Positions 8,258-19,358 of a stretch of 64,000 nt of DNA are shown here, piece after piece (positions within the stretch are counted from its first letter, which is position 1; the number at the start of each line of letters is the position of its first letter). The DNA is taken from assembly GCA_963754565.1 (NCBI GenBank), contig CAVWGL010000009.1, positions 281,546-345,545 on the forward strand. Reading direction: 5' to 3'. Below the pieces are notes generated by a model, which did no database searches, had not been told where the DNA came from, and was given only the letters and a program-made list of their open reading frames with translations. This DNA comes from Vulcanimicrobiota bacterium (lineage in GTDB: Bacteria > Vulcanimicrobiota > Vulcanimicrobiia > Vulcanimicrobiales > Vulcanimicrobiaceae). The translations under genes and the position numbers were made by a program.

Positions 8258-9064
8258 TTAGGCTCTCAGTTGGACGGCGGCGGAGGGTCGGACGGGAATA
8301 GAGGGGTAGATGCCAGGGCCGCTGTCAGCCGCGCCGTTGTGGCCGCCGGTCTCAGCAAAGCGGTGGTGTCTTCCCATTGGTGTGGGGACGGCGTCGTGGG
8401 GGCCGGGCCGGGCGAGGGGACCGGCGGGCGCGCCGGTGGTCTCGTTTTCGATGACCTGTGCGAGAGCGTCAACGGATGTCCTGAGCGGCTCAGTGCTCTG
8501 AGCGGCGCGGCTGAGCAGTAGCGAGCCCTCGATCACCGACATGACCAGATCGGCGAGGACCACGGCGCGCTTGGGGGCGATACCCCAAGGTTCGAAGCGG
8601 GCTACCAGCGCGGCCCGCCAGCGGGCAAAGGCGTTGTCGAAGTCGGTACTGAGTTCCTCGTCATCGGGGGCCAACTCGAGGACCATGGTGGCGATGGCGC
8701 AGCCCCTCTGGTAAGCGGAGTGGTCGAGGCGCTGCGCCTCCACCTCGCCCAGCGCCCGAACGAGCGAGGCAGGATGGTTGGCGCGCTCTGCCGCCTTGGC
8801 CACCATTTCCTCACGCTCGTCGCCGGCGGCGGCGATTGCTTCCCGGGCCAGATCCCGCTTGCCGCCGGGGAAGTGATAATAGGTCGACCCCCGAGGCGCG
8901 CCGCTGTGCTCGATGACATCGGAGAAGGCGGTGGCGTAGTAGCTGCTCTTGCCGGATGCGCCCGCAGCTCTGGCGTCGTTGAAGTTGCTGTTCGTGCTCG
9001 ATGGCCCGGCCGAGCTCGGCCAGCCGTTGAGGGACGTCGGGGCGCTTGGCCAGGAAGGCTTCAC
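8258..9064 (-). CDS. TetR/AcrR-family regulator with atypical N- and C-terminal ends
   Basis: The core ...YYATAFSDVIEHSGAPRGSTYYHFPGGKRDLAREAI... plus the C-terminal ligand-domain helices looks TetR-like. The first ~30 aa are non-helical, while a more helical alternative exists in another frame (...RLAELGRAIEHE..., track ORF 8811..9068). The ~60-aa Pro/Gly-rich tail is atypical. A frame error is possible. Confidence 0.6.
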   Translation of the reverse strand: MKPSWPSAPTSLNGWPSSAGPSSTNSNFNDARAAGASGKSSYYATAFSDVIEHSGAPRGSTYYHFPGGKRDLAREAIAAAGDEREEMVAKAAERANHPASLVRALGEVEAQRLDHSAYQRGCAIATMVLELAPDDEELSTDFDNAFARWRAALVARFEPWGIAPKRAVVLADLVMSVIEGSLLLSRAAQSTEPLRTSVDALAQVIENETTGAPAGPLARPGPHDAVPTPMGRHHRFAETGGHNGAADSGPGIYPSIPVRPSAAVQLRA

Positions 9065-10074
9065 GCACTAACGGTTAAGACGGGAGCGAATTTCTGCAGT
9101 GAGTGGGTTCCATCCGGGACATGGCCGCGGGACACCCCCTCTGTCCACGTCACCTCGGCGACGTAGACGTTGCCCTTCGAGTCGACCGTGACGTCGTGCG
9201 GGGCAACGAAATTGCCCGGTGCACAGCGGTCCGGCCCGCCCCAGCGGGCGAGCACGTTGCCAGCCGGGTCGTAGACGCTCACCCGCCCTGCATAGTCCTG
9301 CGCTGCGGGACCGAGGCGAAACGACTCGTGCCCGGGACGACGCCAGAGCTCGGAGACAAATACCCTCCCCTCGGCGTCGAAGGCGACATTCGTCGGGCGC
9401 TGGACATCGGTCCATTCACTTAGGTAGTCGCCTTCGGGGCTGAACAGCTGGACCCGGTCGTTCTCCCGGTCGGCGACAAACACCGTACCGTCGGCGGCGA
9501 CGGCGACGCCGTGAACGAGGTGGAACTCACCAGGGCCGCCTCCTGGTGCGCCCCATGAGCGGACGAGCGTCCCCGACGAGCTGAAGCGGTGCACGCGGGC
9601 GTTGCCGTACCCGTCGCTCACATACAGGTCGCCGTTAGGCGCGACGGCGAGGTTTGTCGGCTTGTTGAACGGCGGCCCAGACCGCACTATCGATGCTACA
9701 GAGCTCCCGTCGTAGCCGGTATCGGAGGCCAGGCCGCGGGTGCCGATAGTCCTCAGTAACTTCCCAGTGGCCGTGAACTGGAACACCACCTCGTGACTGA
9801 CGTCGACGCAGTACAGTGTCCCGTCCGGGGCCACAGTGAGCCCGTGCGGCCGGTCCGAGAAGTAGCCCTCGCCCCAACCGTCCAGGAATTCGCCCTCGCT
9901 TGAGTACACGAGAACTCGTGCCTCTCTGCGGGTGAGGAGGAAGACGCGATCGTTGCTGTCGACGCCGACGCCCGCCACGTCGCCATGGTGTAACTCGGAG
10001 GGCAGGTCTTCCCACTCGTCGACGAGCGCGTACTGAAGCCGCGAAGGCGAAGTCGAAGTGAAACCCTCTAGCAT
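9061..10074 (-). CDS. NHL-repeat six-bladed beta-propeller protein (peptidyl-alpha-hydroxyglycine lyase-like)
   Basis: Repeated blade motifs: P.GLTVAPDGTLYCVD, PTNLAVAPNGDLYVSDGYGN.RV..F, HGVAVAADGTVFVADREN.RVQ.F, APHDVTVDSKGNVYVAE. The stop overlaps the downstream GTG (GTGA). Confidence 0.8.
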   Translation of the reverse strand: MLEGFTSTSPSRLQYALVDEWEDLPSELHHGDVAGVGVDSNDRVFLLTRREARVLVYSSEGEFLDGWGEGYFSDRPHGLTVAPDGTLYCVDVSHEVVFQFTATGKLLRTIGTRGLASDTGYDGSSVASIVRSGPPFNKPTNLAVAPNGDLYVSDGYGNARVHRFSSSGTLVRSWGAPGGGPGEFHLVHGVAVAADGTVFVADRENDRVQLFSPEGDYLSEWTDVQRPTNVAFDAEGRVFVSELWRRPGHESFRLGPAAQDYAGRVSVYDPAGNVLARWGGPDRCAPGNFVAPHDVTVDSKGNVYVAEVTWTEGVSRGHVPDGTHSLQKFAPVLTVSA

Positions 10075-10275
10075 CCTCGCTCCTTCCTCTCGTTCTCGTT
10101 ATCTACTTCGCTGCTGACCAGAAACTGTCCGCTCCACTTGCATGGTGGCGGCCCGTGCCCACGTGAGCACGTGGTCCTCGCGGGCAATCAGCAAGTTCAT
10201 GTCGCGGGCGACGTTTGAAGCCGCTCACCCTCGTTATGCCAGAAGGCGTCGTTGCTCATTGGCGGCGCGGCCCGA

Positions 10276-10467
10276 TCACGCCAGCGGCTTGGTAGCCGGT
10301 GGGAAGCGCCGCTTTAGCTCCTCAGTCAGCGGGTCTATTTCGTCCCAGAGCTGGCGCCGGCGGTCGGGGTCATACCCCATGAGCCCTTCGAGTTCAGCCG
10401 TGAACTGGCGGTAGCGACGGTAGAGCTCAGCGTCGGTCAGGTCGCTGACGTCGGACGGTTCAGCCAT
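10276..10467 (-). CDS. small hypothetical protein (63 aa)
   Basis: MAEPSDVSDLTDAELYRRYRQFTAELEGLMGYDPDRRRQLWDEIDPLTEELKRRF has a helical, protein-like composition. No family was recognised. Confidence 0.35.
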   Translation of the reverse strand: MAEPSDVSDLTDAELYRRYRQFTAELEGLMGYDPDRRRQLWDEIDPLTEELKRRFPPATKPLA

Positions 10468-10597
10468 TTGTGGCTCCTCTCACGCTCAATCTCTGGTCCG
10501 TAAGAATTCTTGGGGTGCCTTCTTGCATGAACACACAAGGACCGCCCAATGGCCACCCTAACGTGACCAGGTAGCTTGATCTGGCTTGAACCCCCGA

Positions 10598-11100
10598 CTA
10601 CTCAGAGGCAGTTGCCTCTGGGTCGACCAATGACCGCAAGTACTTCTCCACGTGGTCGAAGCTCGCTTCGAGCCCATCGGTCTTGGTCATGTGGTCACGG
10701 CCAGCCTTGTCGCGGAACGCTAGCGTCGTTCGTCAGCGTCGTCACGCCGTCAGCTCTCGTGCAGCTCCACCGTCTCGACGGCCTCCGCATCCGGCCAGCC
10801 TTCGAACAGCCACGTCTCGACGGTCCGGGTCGGCGGCTCGACCTCCAGGTAGGTTCCGCGGAACGAGCACTCGGTTCCGTCCTCGGTCACGAAGACGATG
10901 TGGTAGTTCCCTCCGACGCGCAGGTCGATCGAGCACACCTTCATCTCCTCCCCGAATGGAGCGAACCATTTGCTCACGTGCTCCGGCTTCGTCAATACGT
11001 CGAAGACGAGTGCGATCGGAGCGTCGAACTCTCGAGTGATGACGATCTCGAGATCGTTCGGGAACTCGATGACTGCCGACCCATGCCGATTAGGTGTCAC
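10598..11100 (-). pseudogene. SRPBCC/AHSA1-family protein, frame broken near its 3-prime third
   Basis: GTG 11100 overlaps the ArsR stop (GTGA). The N-terminal 116 aa are intact to the stop at 10750. The typical C-terminus continues in other frames (...DGVTTLTNDA.. then LAFRDKAGRDHMTKTDGLEASFDHVEKYLRSLV), which implies 2 frame changes. Confidence 0.7.
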
Positions 11101-11465
11101 TGCTGCTCTCCTTGTCGTTGTAGCTCCTTGAGGTAGTCGTCCACCCGATCCAGCCGGTCGTTCCACGCCTGCTCGTACTTGGCCAGCCACTCTTGCAACG
11201 GCCGAAGGCGCGCGGGCTCCAGGCGGTACAGCCGACGACGCCCCTCCGCCCGGCACCTGACAAGTCCCACCTCCCTGAGCACCCGTAGGTGCTTTGAAAC
11301 CTGGGGCTGGGACATCGAGAGGTCGTCCACGATCGCCCCGACCGCCTTCTCGCCTGTGGCCAGCGCGTCCAGGATCTCGCGACGGTGCGCCTCGGCGATT
11401 GCGTTGAAGACATCCGAGGTCGTGGAAGAGCGGGCCACCGTCCAAATATATTCCGTTATCGGCAT
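11097..11465 (-). CDS. ArsR/SmtB-family transcriptional regulator
   Basis: VFNAIAEAHRREILDALATGEKAVGAIVDDLSMSQPQVSKHLRVLREVGLVRCRAEGRRRLYRL is a canonical ArsR wHTH. The ArsR + AHSA1 pairing is common. Confidence 0.9.
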   Translation of the reverse strand: MPITEYIWTVARSSTTSDVFNAIAEAHRREILDALATGEKAVGAIVDDLSMSQPQVSKHLRVLREVGLVRCRAEGRRRLYRLEPARLRPLQEWLAKYEQAWNDRLDRVDDYLKELQRQGEQQ

Positions 11466-12239
11466 ATGTCAAGCCTCGCTGGATCAAGAACCACTGGTTG
11501 CCTCCGGCCACGTCCACGGGTTCAGAGTTCGCTTCCCGGCCCGAGCAGGGTCCGGCGAAGGAACGTCCTCCAGTTAGCGCCGAGAGCCGAGGACGGGCGC
11601 TCTTGGCCTTCTCTCAGGCCTCGTTCATGGCGGGCAAACAATCGGTTCCGACACAAAAGTCATGGACCGCCACCGCCAGGCTCACCCAAGCTCTGCGTCC
11701 ACTCGGCCGGCCGAAGTCGACCTCGATCTCGCCCTCCAGCGAGCTCATTTCCGCTTACTGGGCGAGCTGTACCGTCAACGGCGGCCGATGGCGAAGCGCC
11801 GGAGGTGGCCGGCCGTGCGTACCGCGGACGTGGTGGTACCGATCACCTCCGCCCGCAGATGGCGCGAGGCCAGTGCCGGAGCCTCCTGAGTGCAGGTCTG
11901 ACTCACGTTCGTCGCTGAAAAACCTCGTCTGGGACTTACCCCGTTCGTTTCCCTACAGGATTAGTGGCGCTAAGGATGGGTCGTAGTACGAGCGATCCTG
12001 GGGGGTTTGGGATGCGCAAACCTTCTGAACTACGGAATTGGCGCTTATTGCCCTGGCGTGGCGACAACCACCGTCGGTCCCGACCACCAGCACATGTTGT
12101 TGTCGCCCTGATCACGGCCGCCGCCCTGTAATCCTCAATCGTGTAGAAAGTCCTAAACGCACGCCTAATCGACGAGGTGGTGCGAAACGGTCCCAGGTCC
12201 CTGCCGTATGTGCCCTCACGCCACGGGGTTCATCCGTTG

Positions 12240-13203
12240 TTACGGAAGGACGCGACGCAGGCCGTCGTGTCCGGCAATGGTCTTCCCCCTGAAGCTCGGC
12301 TCGGCGCGGCGCACCCATTCCGCCTCGCCGATGGCGCCCGGCTCGGCCGGCAGGTAATGGGTGAGAATGAGCTCCTTCACGCCGGCTTGCTCGGCCACTC
12401 CTCCAACCTCTGTGACGTCGGTGTGCAATCCGGCCATCCGCTCCAACTCGGCGCCTGTCGTCCCGTGGCGTTCGAGGTAGCCGAGGTCTGCGACGCAGTG
12501 GACCAGAATGTCCGCTTCCCGGGCGAGGGCGATGAGGTCGGTGTTAACGGTGGTATCACCGGAGAAAACAACCGAACCTTCGGCAGTGTCGAAGCGGTAG
12601 GCCAAGGCCGGCTCGGCGTGGCCATGGGTAACGGCGATGGCGGTGACCCGTAAGCCTCCATCGTCCACCACGACAACGGGCTGGGGGGACTGACCATCGG
12701 CCGGCGCCAGGACAGCGATGTCAGTGGCCCGCACCAGCTCCCCGGGATCGGGCATCCGCGGCATCGAGCGGCATTACGTTCAGGTGGTACGCGTAGCCGG
12801 CCAGGATACCTTCCACCAAGTCCCTGGTCCCCGGGACCGGTCGTTCGGGGTGGATCGTCGTCTGTCTGTGGAACGCGCTGTCACCGCTGGGCAGCGTCGT
12901 CGGTGGCCCGGGGCCGTAAACCTGCACGGGTGGCAGTGGCCCGTTCGCATTCGTGCGGACGCCCCACGGGTACAGCACCATGCCGGGAAGATCACCGACG
13001 TGGTCGGCGTGGAGGTGGGTGACAAATACGGCGTCCAGGCACCGAAAATCGAGGCCGGCGTTAACAAACGCAGACGGTGCCCCGCGGCCGCAATCAATGA
13101 CAAAAATGCGGTTGCCGACAACGAGCGCCGACGCGATCCCTCCTCGGCCGGCGACCGGCATGGGCGCCGCCGCCGTGCCCAGGAGGACCAACTCAGTGGT
13201 CAT
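12240..13203 (-). pseudogene. MBL-fold metallo-hydrolase (RNase Z/BN-like) split by one frameshift
   Basis: The N-terminal half (12721..13203) carries HLHADHVGD. The C-terminal half (12240..12764) carries ...VTHGH...FSGDT...LTHY. The frames meet within GCCGCGGATGCCCGATCCCGG near 12745. Confidence 0.75.
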
Positions 13204-13248
13204 GCCCGCTCAGCCGTGACAGTGTCGAGCCGCATAGAGATTTGCCTT

Positions 13249-15782
13249 TCAAACGTACCCGCGGCGTTCAGCGACCCTCAGCGCAACCCAGCCCAGCGGG
13301 ATTGAAATCCAGAAAGTCAGCAACCGGAATATAAGTACCGCTGAGGCAGCCGCTCCCGTGGGCATGCCCAAACCGGACAGGCCGGCCACCAGAGCAGCCT
13401 CGAGGGCACCCAGGCCTCCCGGGGTCGGCGCCGCGCTGGCGAGCAGGTTGCCGCCCATGTATATGGCCGCGACCTGGACGAACGGGAGCGTGCCGCCAAC
13501 CGCCCTGACGCACAGGGCAAAGGCCACCACCTCCGTAAGGGGCCAGCACAGTGCACCTGCGAGCGTGAGGGTGACGTGACGAGGGCTCTTGGCCACTTCG
13601 GCGATAGTGACGCCGGCTGAGCGGATGAACCCCCAGATTTTGTCGTGGAAAAACCGGCGCCCCGGCGGCGTGAGGGCGACGAGCCCCAGTCCGGCCAGCA
13701 CCACGGCCACCACGATGAATACCCACTCGTGGCCGGCCAAGCTGAAGTGGATGGGCGACTTTCGCCCTGCAGAGGCGAAGAAGGCGGCCAGAAGTACCAG
13801 GTTGGCGCGCGATGCTCGTAACTTGCTGCAGGCCAACGGACCCCGTTGCCGCCCCCGAGGAGACACCTGCTTTTTGCAAATACCGGAAACTGAGGGCCAT
13901 TCCGCCGACGCCATTAGGCGTGACCTTGTTGAGAAAAGAGCCGCCGAATTCGACGATATAAGTCGGCCGGAACGGTAAGTCCGCCGGGATGGCCCCGATC
14001 TGGAGAAGGGTGGCGAACACCAACACCACGAAGATGGCCGGGGAGGCGGCCAAGACCCACCACCAATCTGCGTCTTTCAGGGCATTAATAGCGGCGCCCG
14101 CGTTGGATAGCTGTGGGATAAGGACATAGATAACGACAAAGGCGCTCAGCAACGCCAACGTCCTTTTCCAGGTGAACCTTGAGAGCGGCTCCAGCTTGGC
14201 CGGCGGGGTCCCGGTGGCCGTGGCCACCGCCGTCCGCACGTCGCGGATCAGGTCGGGTCGACCTCCCGGCCGGAGCGCTGATTTTGCTCGCCCGCTGGCC
14301 GATTGGACCGACTGCGCCTGGTCATGGTGGCGCGCCCTTGCCCGCGTAGGGCCGGACAGGGCCAACGGCTGGACGTACCCCTCGGCGGCCTCGACGGCAG
14401 GGGCGCCGAGACCGGCAATGGCTGAAGAGACGGCCTTGTCCGCGCCAACCTTTACGGCCACCGAGACAAGTAGCTCGGCCACGTCCAACGACAGGTGGCG
14501 GTCCGGAGCACCCAGCTCAGCCAGGCCCAGCCCGATCAGCCACGCTTGTTCGTGGTCGTCGAGGATGATGTTGTCCGCTCGCTTAGTTGGCGGTGGGCGA
14601 GCCTGTGTTTGTGGAGGACGGCGACACTGTGCCACAGGTCCGCCAGGGCGGCATCTGGGATCTCTTCAGGTTCGAGGCCGTCCAGGGCCCGTCCGCCTAC
14701 GTCGACCCAGGCGAGGAGGGCGCCGCGAGTACCGCCTCTAGCGGCCACAGGGTAGGCCAGTACGGGTTCTGGCACCCGGGCACCGGCCCGAGCGGCCGTC
14801 ACCATGGCCAGCACGGCATGCTCAGCTGTCGACTGCACCGTCGTAGCAGCGTGGTCGTCCTTGCGCGTGCCGCACCATGACCGAGTGGTAAAACCTGTTA
14901 AGCCGAGCCCGGTCACGGTCCTCATCGGCAAATACTTTGAGCATGAGCGACGCACCGTCGCTGGTAGTGGCACGGAACATGTCCGGGCCAGATACGGGCC
15001 ATGACAATTGCGTCAAGGTGCGCAGTTCGACGCCGCACTCGTGCAGCGCAGAGACGATCTGTTGGGCGCCGGGCCGGTCCGTAGGGCGCCCCGAAGGATA
15101 GCGAGACCAGCGACCCGATGGTTATCCCCAGCGCCGCAGCGACGAAGGCATCGAGGGGCAGGAAGCCACCGACTACGACCTCGATCAGGACCGCACCACC
15201 CGTCACCCACCACAGGCCTCGCCGCCAACGCGGCGACAGTCCCGGCGTGACCACCGTGAGCATCGCCGTGGCGCCTGAAAGCCACGCCACTGGCGGGAAC
15301 GTGACATTGAAGACCCCTCCTCGTCCCGCTAACAGCTCGGCCCACGTTGGTGGCCGGGAGGGGGCCAGCAAGAGGTGTGAAACCAGCAGCGCCACAGTCG
15401 TGGCGGCGACGGCTGCCAGCAAGAGCCGCCAGGCCAAGGCCAGGCGCCGGCCTCCGACGACGATGATGACGCAGGCTGCGGGGAACAGCACGGCGACTAG
15501 CTGGGCCAACGCACTGAGCCAGTCGCGTAGAACGGACGGTAGCGTCACGATGGAGTCGAGCAGGTACCGCTCGGTCAGCCGCACGTGCACATGGTCGAGC
15601 GCCGCCACCAGACCGGCACAGACCAGGACGGCCAGAGCGATGAGAAGGCGCATCAGGTCGGACGCCCGACGCACGCCAGCTGCCTCCGGCAAGGATTCGA
15701 TGACGACGTCGTCGGGTGGCGGCGGAGTTCCCTGCGTCTGGGTGCCAGCTGGCCCTGGGCCAACTTGCTCCGGCTCCGACAT
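13249..15782 (-). pseudogene. large membrane protein (N-terminal TM domain, kinase-like domain, C-terminal LPG_synthase_TM/flippase-like domain), at least 4 frame breaks
   Basis: Pieced together from track ORFs 14922..16142, 14822..15016, 14536..14973, 13268..14635 and 13249..13914. The kinase-like catalytic loop is split across frames (HRLAHRQL | RADNIILDD). The C-terminus ...APTPGGLGALEAALVAGL...LIFRLLTFWI is typical of LPG_synthase_TM. The start is taken at ATG 15782 (MSEPEQV). Confidence 0.6.
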
Positions 15783-15901
15783 CAACGTCGCGACTGTCAA
15801 TGGCTCTGCCGTCTGCGTGTCGCTGCCTTGAGGAGACGGTCTGTCGGGCGAATGGTCCGTAAACGACAACAATAATTCCGGGTATGCAAGGATCACGGCG
15901 T

Positions 15902-16774
15902 ATGACGACGCTCGGACTGATTTTCTTGCCCCAACTGGCGCCCGAGCGGTTGCGCGACGTGACGCACGCCGCGGACACGGCTGGTCTCGACGAGCTCTGG
16001 CTGTGGGAGGACTGTTTCTTCGAAAGCGGGATCGCGTCGGCGGCTGCCGCTCTCGTGTGGACTGAACGGGTTCGTGTCGGCATCGGGCTGCTCCCAGTGC
16101 CTCTGCGCAACGTAGCCCTGACGGCGATGGAGATGGCGACATTGCAGCGGCTGTTCCCGGGCCGGGCCAGGATCGGTGTCGGGCACGGGGTGCAGTCCTG
16201 GATGGGGCAGGTCGGGGCTCGGGCTGGTTCGCCCCTCACTTTGTTGCGCGAGCAGCTCACCGCCTTGAGGGCCCTGCTCGACGGCCACGAGGTGACCACA
16301 AAAGGGCGTTACGTCACACTGGACCGGGTCAAACTGGACTGGCCGCCCCTTTCGTCTCCCGAACTGCTCGTTGGCGCAACGGCCCCCCTTTCATTGCGCT
16401 TGTCCGGAGAGTTCGCTGACGGGACGATCCTGACGGGCGGCACGACGCCCGAGGGCGTGCGGCGGGCCCGCGAGGTAGTCGAAGAAAGCCGGGCCGCGAG
16501 CGGGCGTACCGGGCAACATCACATCGTCGTATATTTGCTAGCTGCTACCGGTGCTGATGCAAGGGAGCGGCTGGCGCGCCAACGCCAGAAGTGGGGCATG
16601 GATCCCGGTCAGGCGCAGGGAGTGGCCGGCGACGCTGACGACCTGGCCCGAGCGGTGGAGGAGTGGGCCAGGGCAGGGGCGGACACGGTCGTCGTACAGC
16701 CGCTGGAGGACGAGCCTGACATGGCCGGCTTCGCTCGCTTCATTGCGGAGGAGGTCCGCCCCCTCGTGAGGTAG
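15902..16774 (+). CDS. LLM-class F420-dependent oxidoreductase
   Basis: MTTLGLIFLPQLAPERL...DELWLWEDCFFESG...IGLLPVPLRNVALTAMEMATL...GVGHG shows the luciferase-like monooxygenase pattern. It is intact. Confidence 0.85.
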   Translation: MTTLGLIFLPQLAPERLRDVTHAADTAGLDELWLWEDCFFESGIASAAAALVWTERVRVGIGLLPVPLRNVALTAMEMATLQRLFPGRARIGVGHGVQSWMGQVGARAGSPLTLLREQLTALRALLDGHEVTTKGRYVTLDRVKLDWPPLSSPELLVGATAPLSLRLSGEFADGTILTGGTTPEGVRRAREVVEESRAASGRTGQHHIVVYLLAATGADARERLARQRQKWGMDPGQAQGVAGDADDLARAVEEWARAGADTVVVQPLEDEPDMAGFARFIAEEVRPLVR

Positions 16775-16818
16775 TCAATCTCCTTTATGTACAAAGCTCT
16801 GATCGCTTCGGCCCACCA

Positions 16819-18515
16819 TTAGTGCCTGGTGATTTTGGCGATGCTCCGGGCTCGGCTCAGCCAGGTACGCGACCGGCGCCGGGCGATTAGCCGTTGCCAC
16901 GTGACTAGGCCCACGCCGGCGACGACCAACCCCGGCACAGAAAACGGCCCCACCATTGGGCTGGTCCGCCTCGAGATGAGCTGTGCGCCGGCCATCAGCG
17001 ATGCGGCGGTGACCAGTCCGTCTACGACGCGGTCGACGGCGTGGTCGGCGTCATGGACCCTGAAGTCGACCCCCACGTTCCCCGTGCGGACCTGGTCGAG
17101 GACGGCCTGGAGGTCGTTGGGCAAACCCGCAATGAAATGGTCCCAATTGCGGAACGCCCGGCTCAGCTGCCTTGCGATCCGCTTCGGGTCGAAGCGCTCG
17201 GCCAGCATGCGGGTGACGTAAGGGCGGAGCAGCTCCGTGACCCGTACTTCCGCGCCGACTTCCCGGCCCAGGCCCTGCAGGCTGATCAGCACCTTGAAGA
17301 AAAGAGCCAGGTCGGCCGGCAGGACGAGCTTGTTCCTGTGCAGGACCTCCATGCCGCTGACCAAAATGGCGCTGATATCGAGATGAGAAAGGTCAGCCAG
17401 GAGGTAGCGGTCAAGCCATAGTTCGATACTGGCCCGGAGCTGGGCCATGTCCACACCAGGCGGCGGGGTGGTCATTTCCACGATGACGTCGACGACTGAA
17501 TCGTCGTCGCGAGTGCCGACTGCGATCACCAGGTTCTCGAGCTGCCGCCGCCGCTGGCTCGTTAGCCGGCCCACGTCGCCGAAGTCCAGGATGGCCATAT
17601 GGTCGCCGTCGGGGAGTAGGAAGTTCCCCGGGTGTGGGTCGGCATGGTACAGGCCGTCACGGAAGATCATCTCCAGGTAGATGTCGGCGGCGCGGTTTAC
17701 AAGCTCGTCGACCTCCCACCCCGCCGCCTCGATGCTGGCCCGGTCGGTGAACGGGAACCCTGAGATCATTGCCATGGTCAGCACCCTCTGGCCCGACAAG
17801 TCCGGGTAGGGCGTAGGGATAACAACATCCGGTTCATCGGCGAAATTGGCTTGGAACCGTTGCAGGTTGGACAGCTCTTGGCGCAAGTCGACGGCGGCGT
17901 CCATCATTGCCGCGAACTCACTCACGACGACCGTCGGGCGTAGTTGGGCCAGCTCCGGGTCCTCTTCTTCCATGTACTCGGCGAGGGCTCGCAACAGCTC
18001 GACGTCCTCCCGCACCTTGCTGTCCGCCCCCGCGTGGAGAACTTTGACGGCCACGGCGGTGCCATCTGCCAGTGCCGCCCGGTGTACCTGGGCGACCGAG
18101 CCGGACGCAAAAGGCTCGTCCTCGAATGAACCGAAGAGCTCGGAGACGGGCCGGCCCAACTGCGCCTCGACGGTGGCCCGGCCTACACCCGGCGGGTCGG
18201 CCGGCACCCTGGCCTGCAGCTTGGCCAGCTCTTTGGCCACATCGTCGCCAACGATATCGGGGCGCAAGCTCAGCATTTGTCCGAACTTGATGAACGTCGT
18301 CCCCAGTTCGGTCAACGCATGACGCAATCGCTCACCCGGTGTAGCCTCGGCTTCCTCCGGGATACGGCCCGGTGGACCATGCTTTCGATGGGCGCAACCG
18401 CCGCGATCCCCTGGCCACGCGCCGCCCATGACGCCAGGCCATGGCGGACGAGGACACTCACGATCTCGTTGAGGCGCCGGCGATGCTTTACGAGCGTGCT
18501 TGCAACATCAGTCAT
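16819..18515 (-). pseudogene. ABC1/UbiB-family atypical kinase, one frameshift near the N-terminus
   Basis: The main frame carries ...LRHALTELGTTFIKFGQMLSLRPDIVG...GSVAQVHRA...HADPHPGNF...LDFGDVG. The N-terminal 67 aa (MTDVASTLVKHRRRLNEIVSVLVRHGLASW...) lie in another frame, switching near 18400. Confidence 0.8.
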
Positions 18516-18717
18516 GACCGGGCCTCCAGTCGTCGCCGTGTTCGCACTTCAGGATAGACGGGCGCGTACGGCGGAGTCTCCGGCGGTCCCTGACCGGCCG
18601 CGAGCAGGCCGTGGTGGGCGAGTGGCCTCGCAACCGGCCTCCCAACTGGCGTCTCAACTGGTCGGCTGGCGCCCGGGCACCGTAAGCACCCGTCTTCAGC
18701 TCCCGCCGAACACCCAG

Positions 18718-18990
18718 TTACAGTTCTCGGCGCTCGAAGCTGAACACGCCGGCAGCGAGGATAGCCAGGAACCAAACTGCTACCCACAAAAGGTAGGCCC
18801 ACGACGGCGCCGACTGCGCAAAGAACGGGTTGCCCTTGTCCGACGATTCCGCCAACGCCCGGGCCAGGAATGATTGCGGTTCGAGATAATAAATGGCGCC
18901 ATGCCAGAGGGCATCGGTTGGGAATATGTAGCGGGACACCTGGCCGACGGTCTGCAATTCGCTGATGTTGAACGTGGTACCGAGCGCTCG
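18718..18990 (-). pseudogene. C-terminal fragment of an ABC-2-type transporter permease
   Basis: Only about 90 codons are open (...TTFNISELQTVGQVSRYIFPTDALWHGAIYYLEPQSFLA...NPFF...WFLAILAAGVFSFERREL). No upstream TM segments or credible start were found. Confidence 0.4.
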
Positions 18991-19031
18991 TGCACGAAGT
19001 GCTCAGCAGTTCGACAAATGCTTTCTCTACT

Positions 19032-19358
19032 TCACGGCTCCGGCACGCGGGGACTACGCTGCTTGTTCCGTTCGCCCCGGCGTTCGCGGCCGCGCACGGC
19101 GTTGAGCGCCAGGTGGGAGGCGGCTATGCTGGCCCATGCTGCAGCGTGGCCTGAAGAGTACGGCTCAGAGAAGCGTCGTTGGGCGGCGATGAGCACTTCC
19201 TGGGCCACATCTTCGGCCAAGTGGACGTCCCGGACGACGTTATAGGCGATCCGGACGACAACCGGGTACTGAGTTCGGAAGAACTGCTCGAAGCTGCCTG
19301 GCGCAGCGCTGGCCTCAGGCCGTCGGCTATGCGGCATCAAGCTGGTCCCCATCCTCAC
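19032..19358 (-). pseudogene. ECF sigma-70-family factor truncated after region 2
   Basis: FEQFFRTQYPVVVRIAYNVVRDVHLAEDVAQEVLIAAQRRF...WASIAASHLALNAVRGRERR is region 2. No region 4 follows, and the ORF stops about 70-80 aa short of typical ECF sigmas. Confidence 0.55.

Noticed and set aside
10603-10620. Hairpin CAGAGGCA-GT-TGCCTCTG, considered as a terminator downstream of the ArsR-SRPBCC operon
   Set aside because: After frame reconstruction it falls inside the last codons of the SRPBCC gene. It also lacks a U-tract on either strand.
11520-12240. A ~700-bp region with no convincing gene. Short minus-strand frames give fragments such as ...HLRAEVIGTTTSAVRTAGHLRRFAIGRR* and MSSLEGEIEVDFGRPSGRRAWVSLAVAVHDF...
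   Set aside because: The fragments are too short and too broken to assign a family. They are possibly further gene debris, but I cannot support a feature call.
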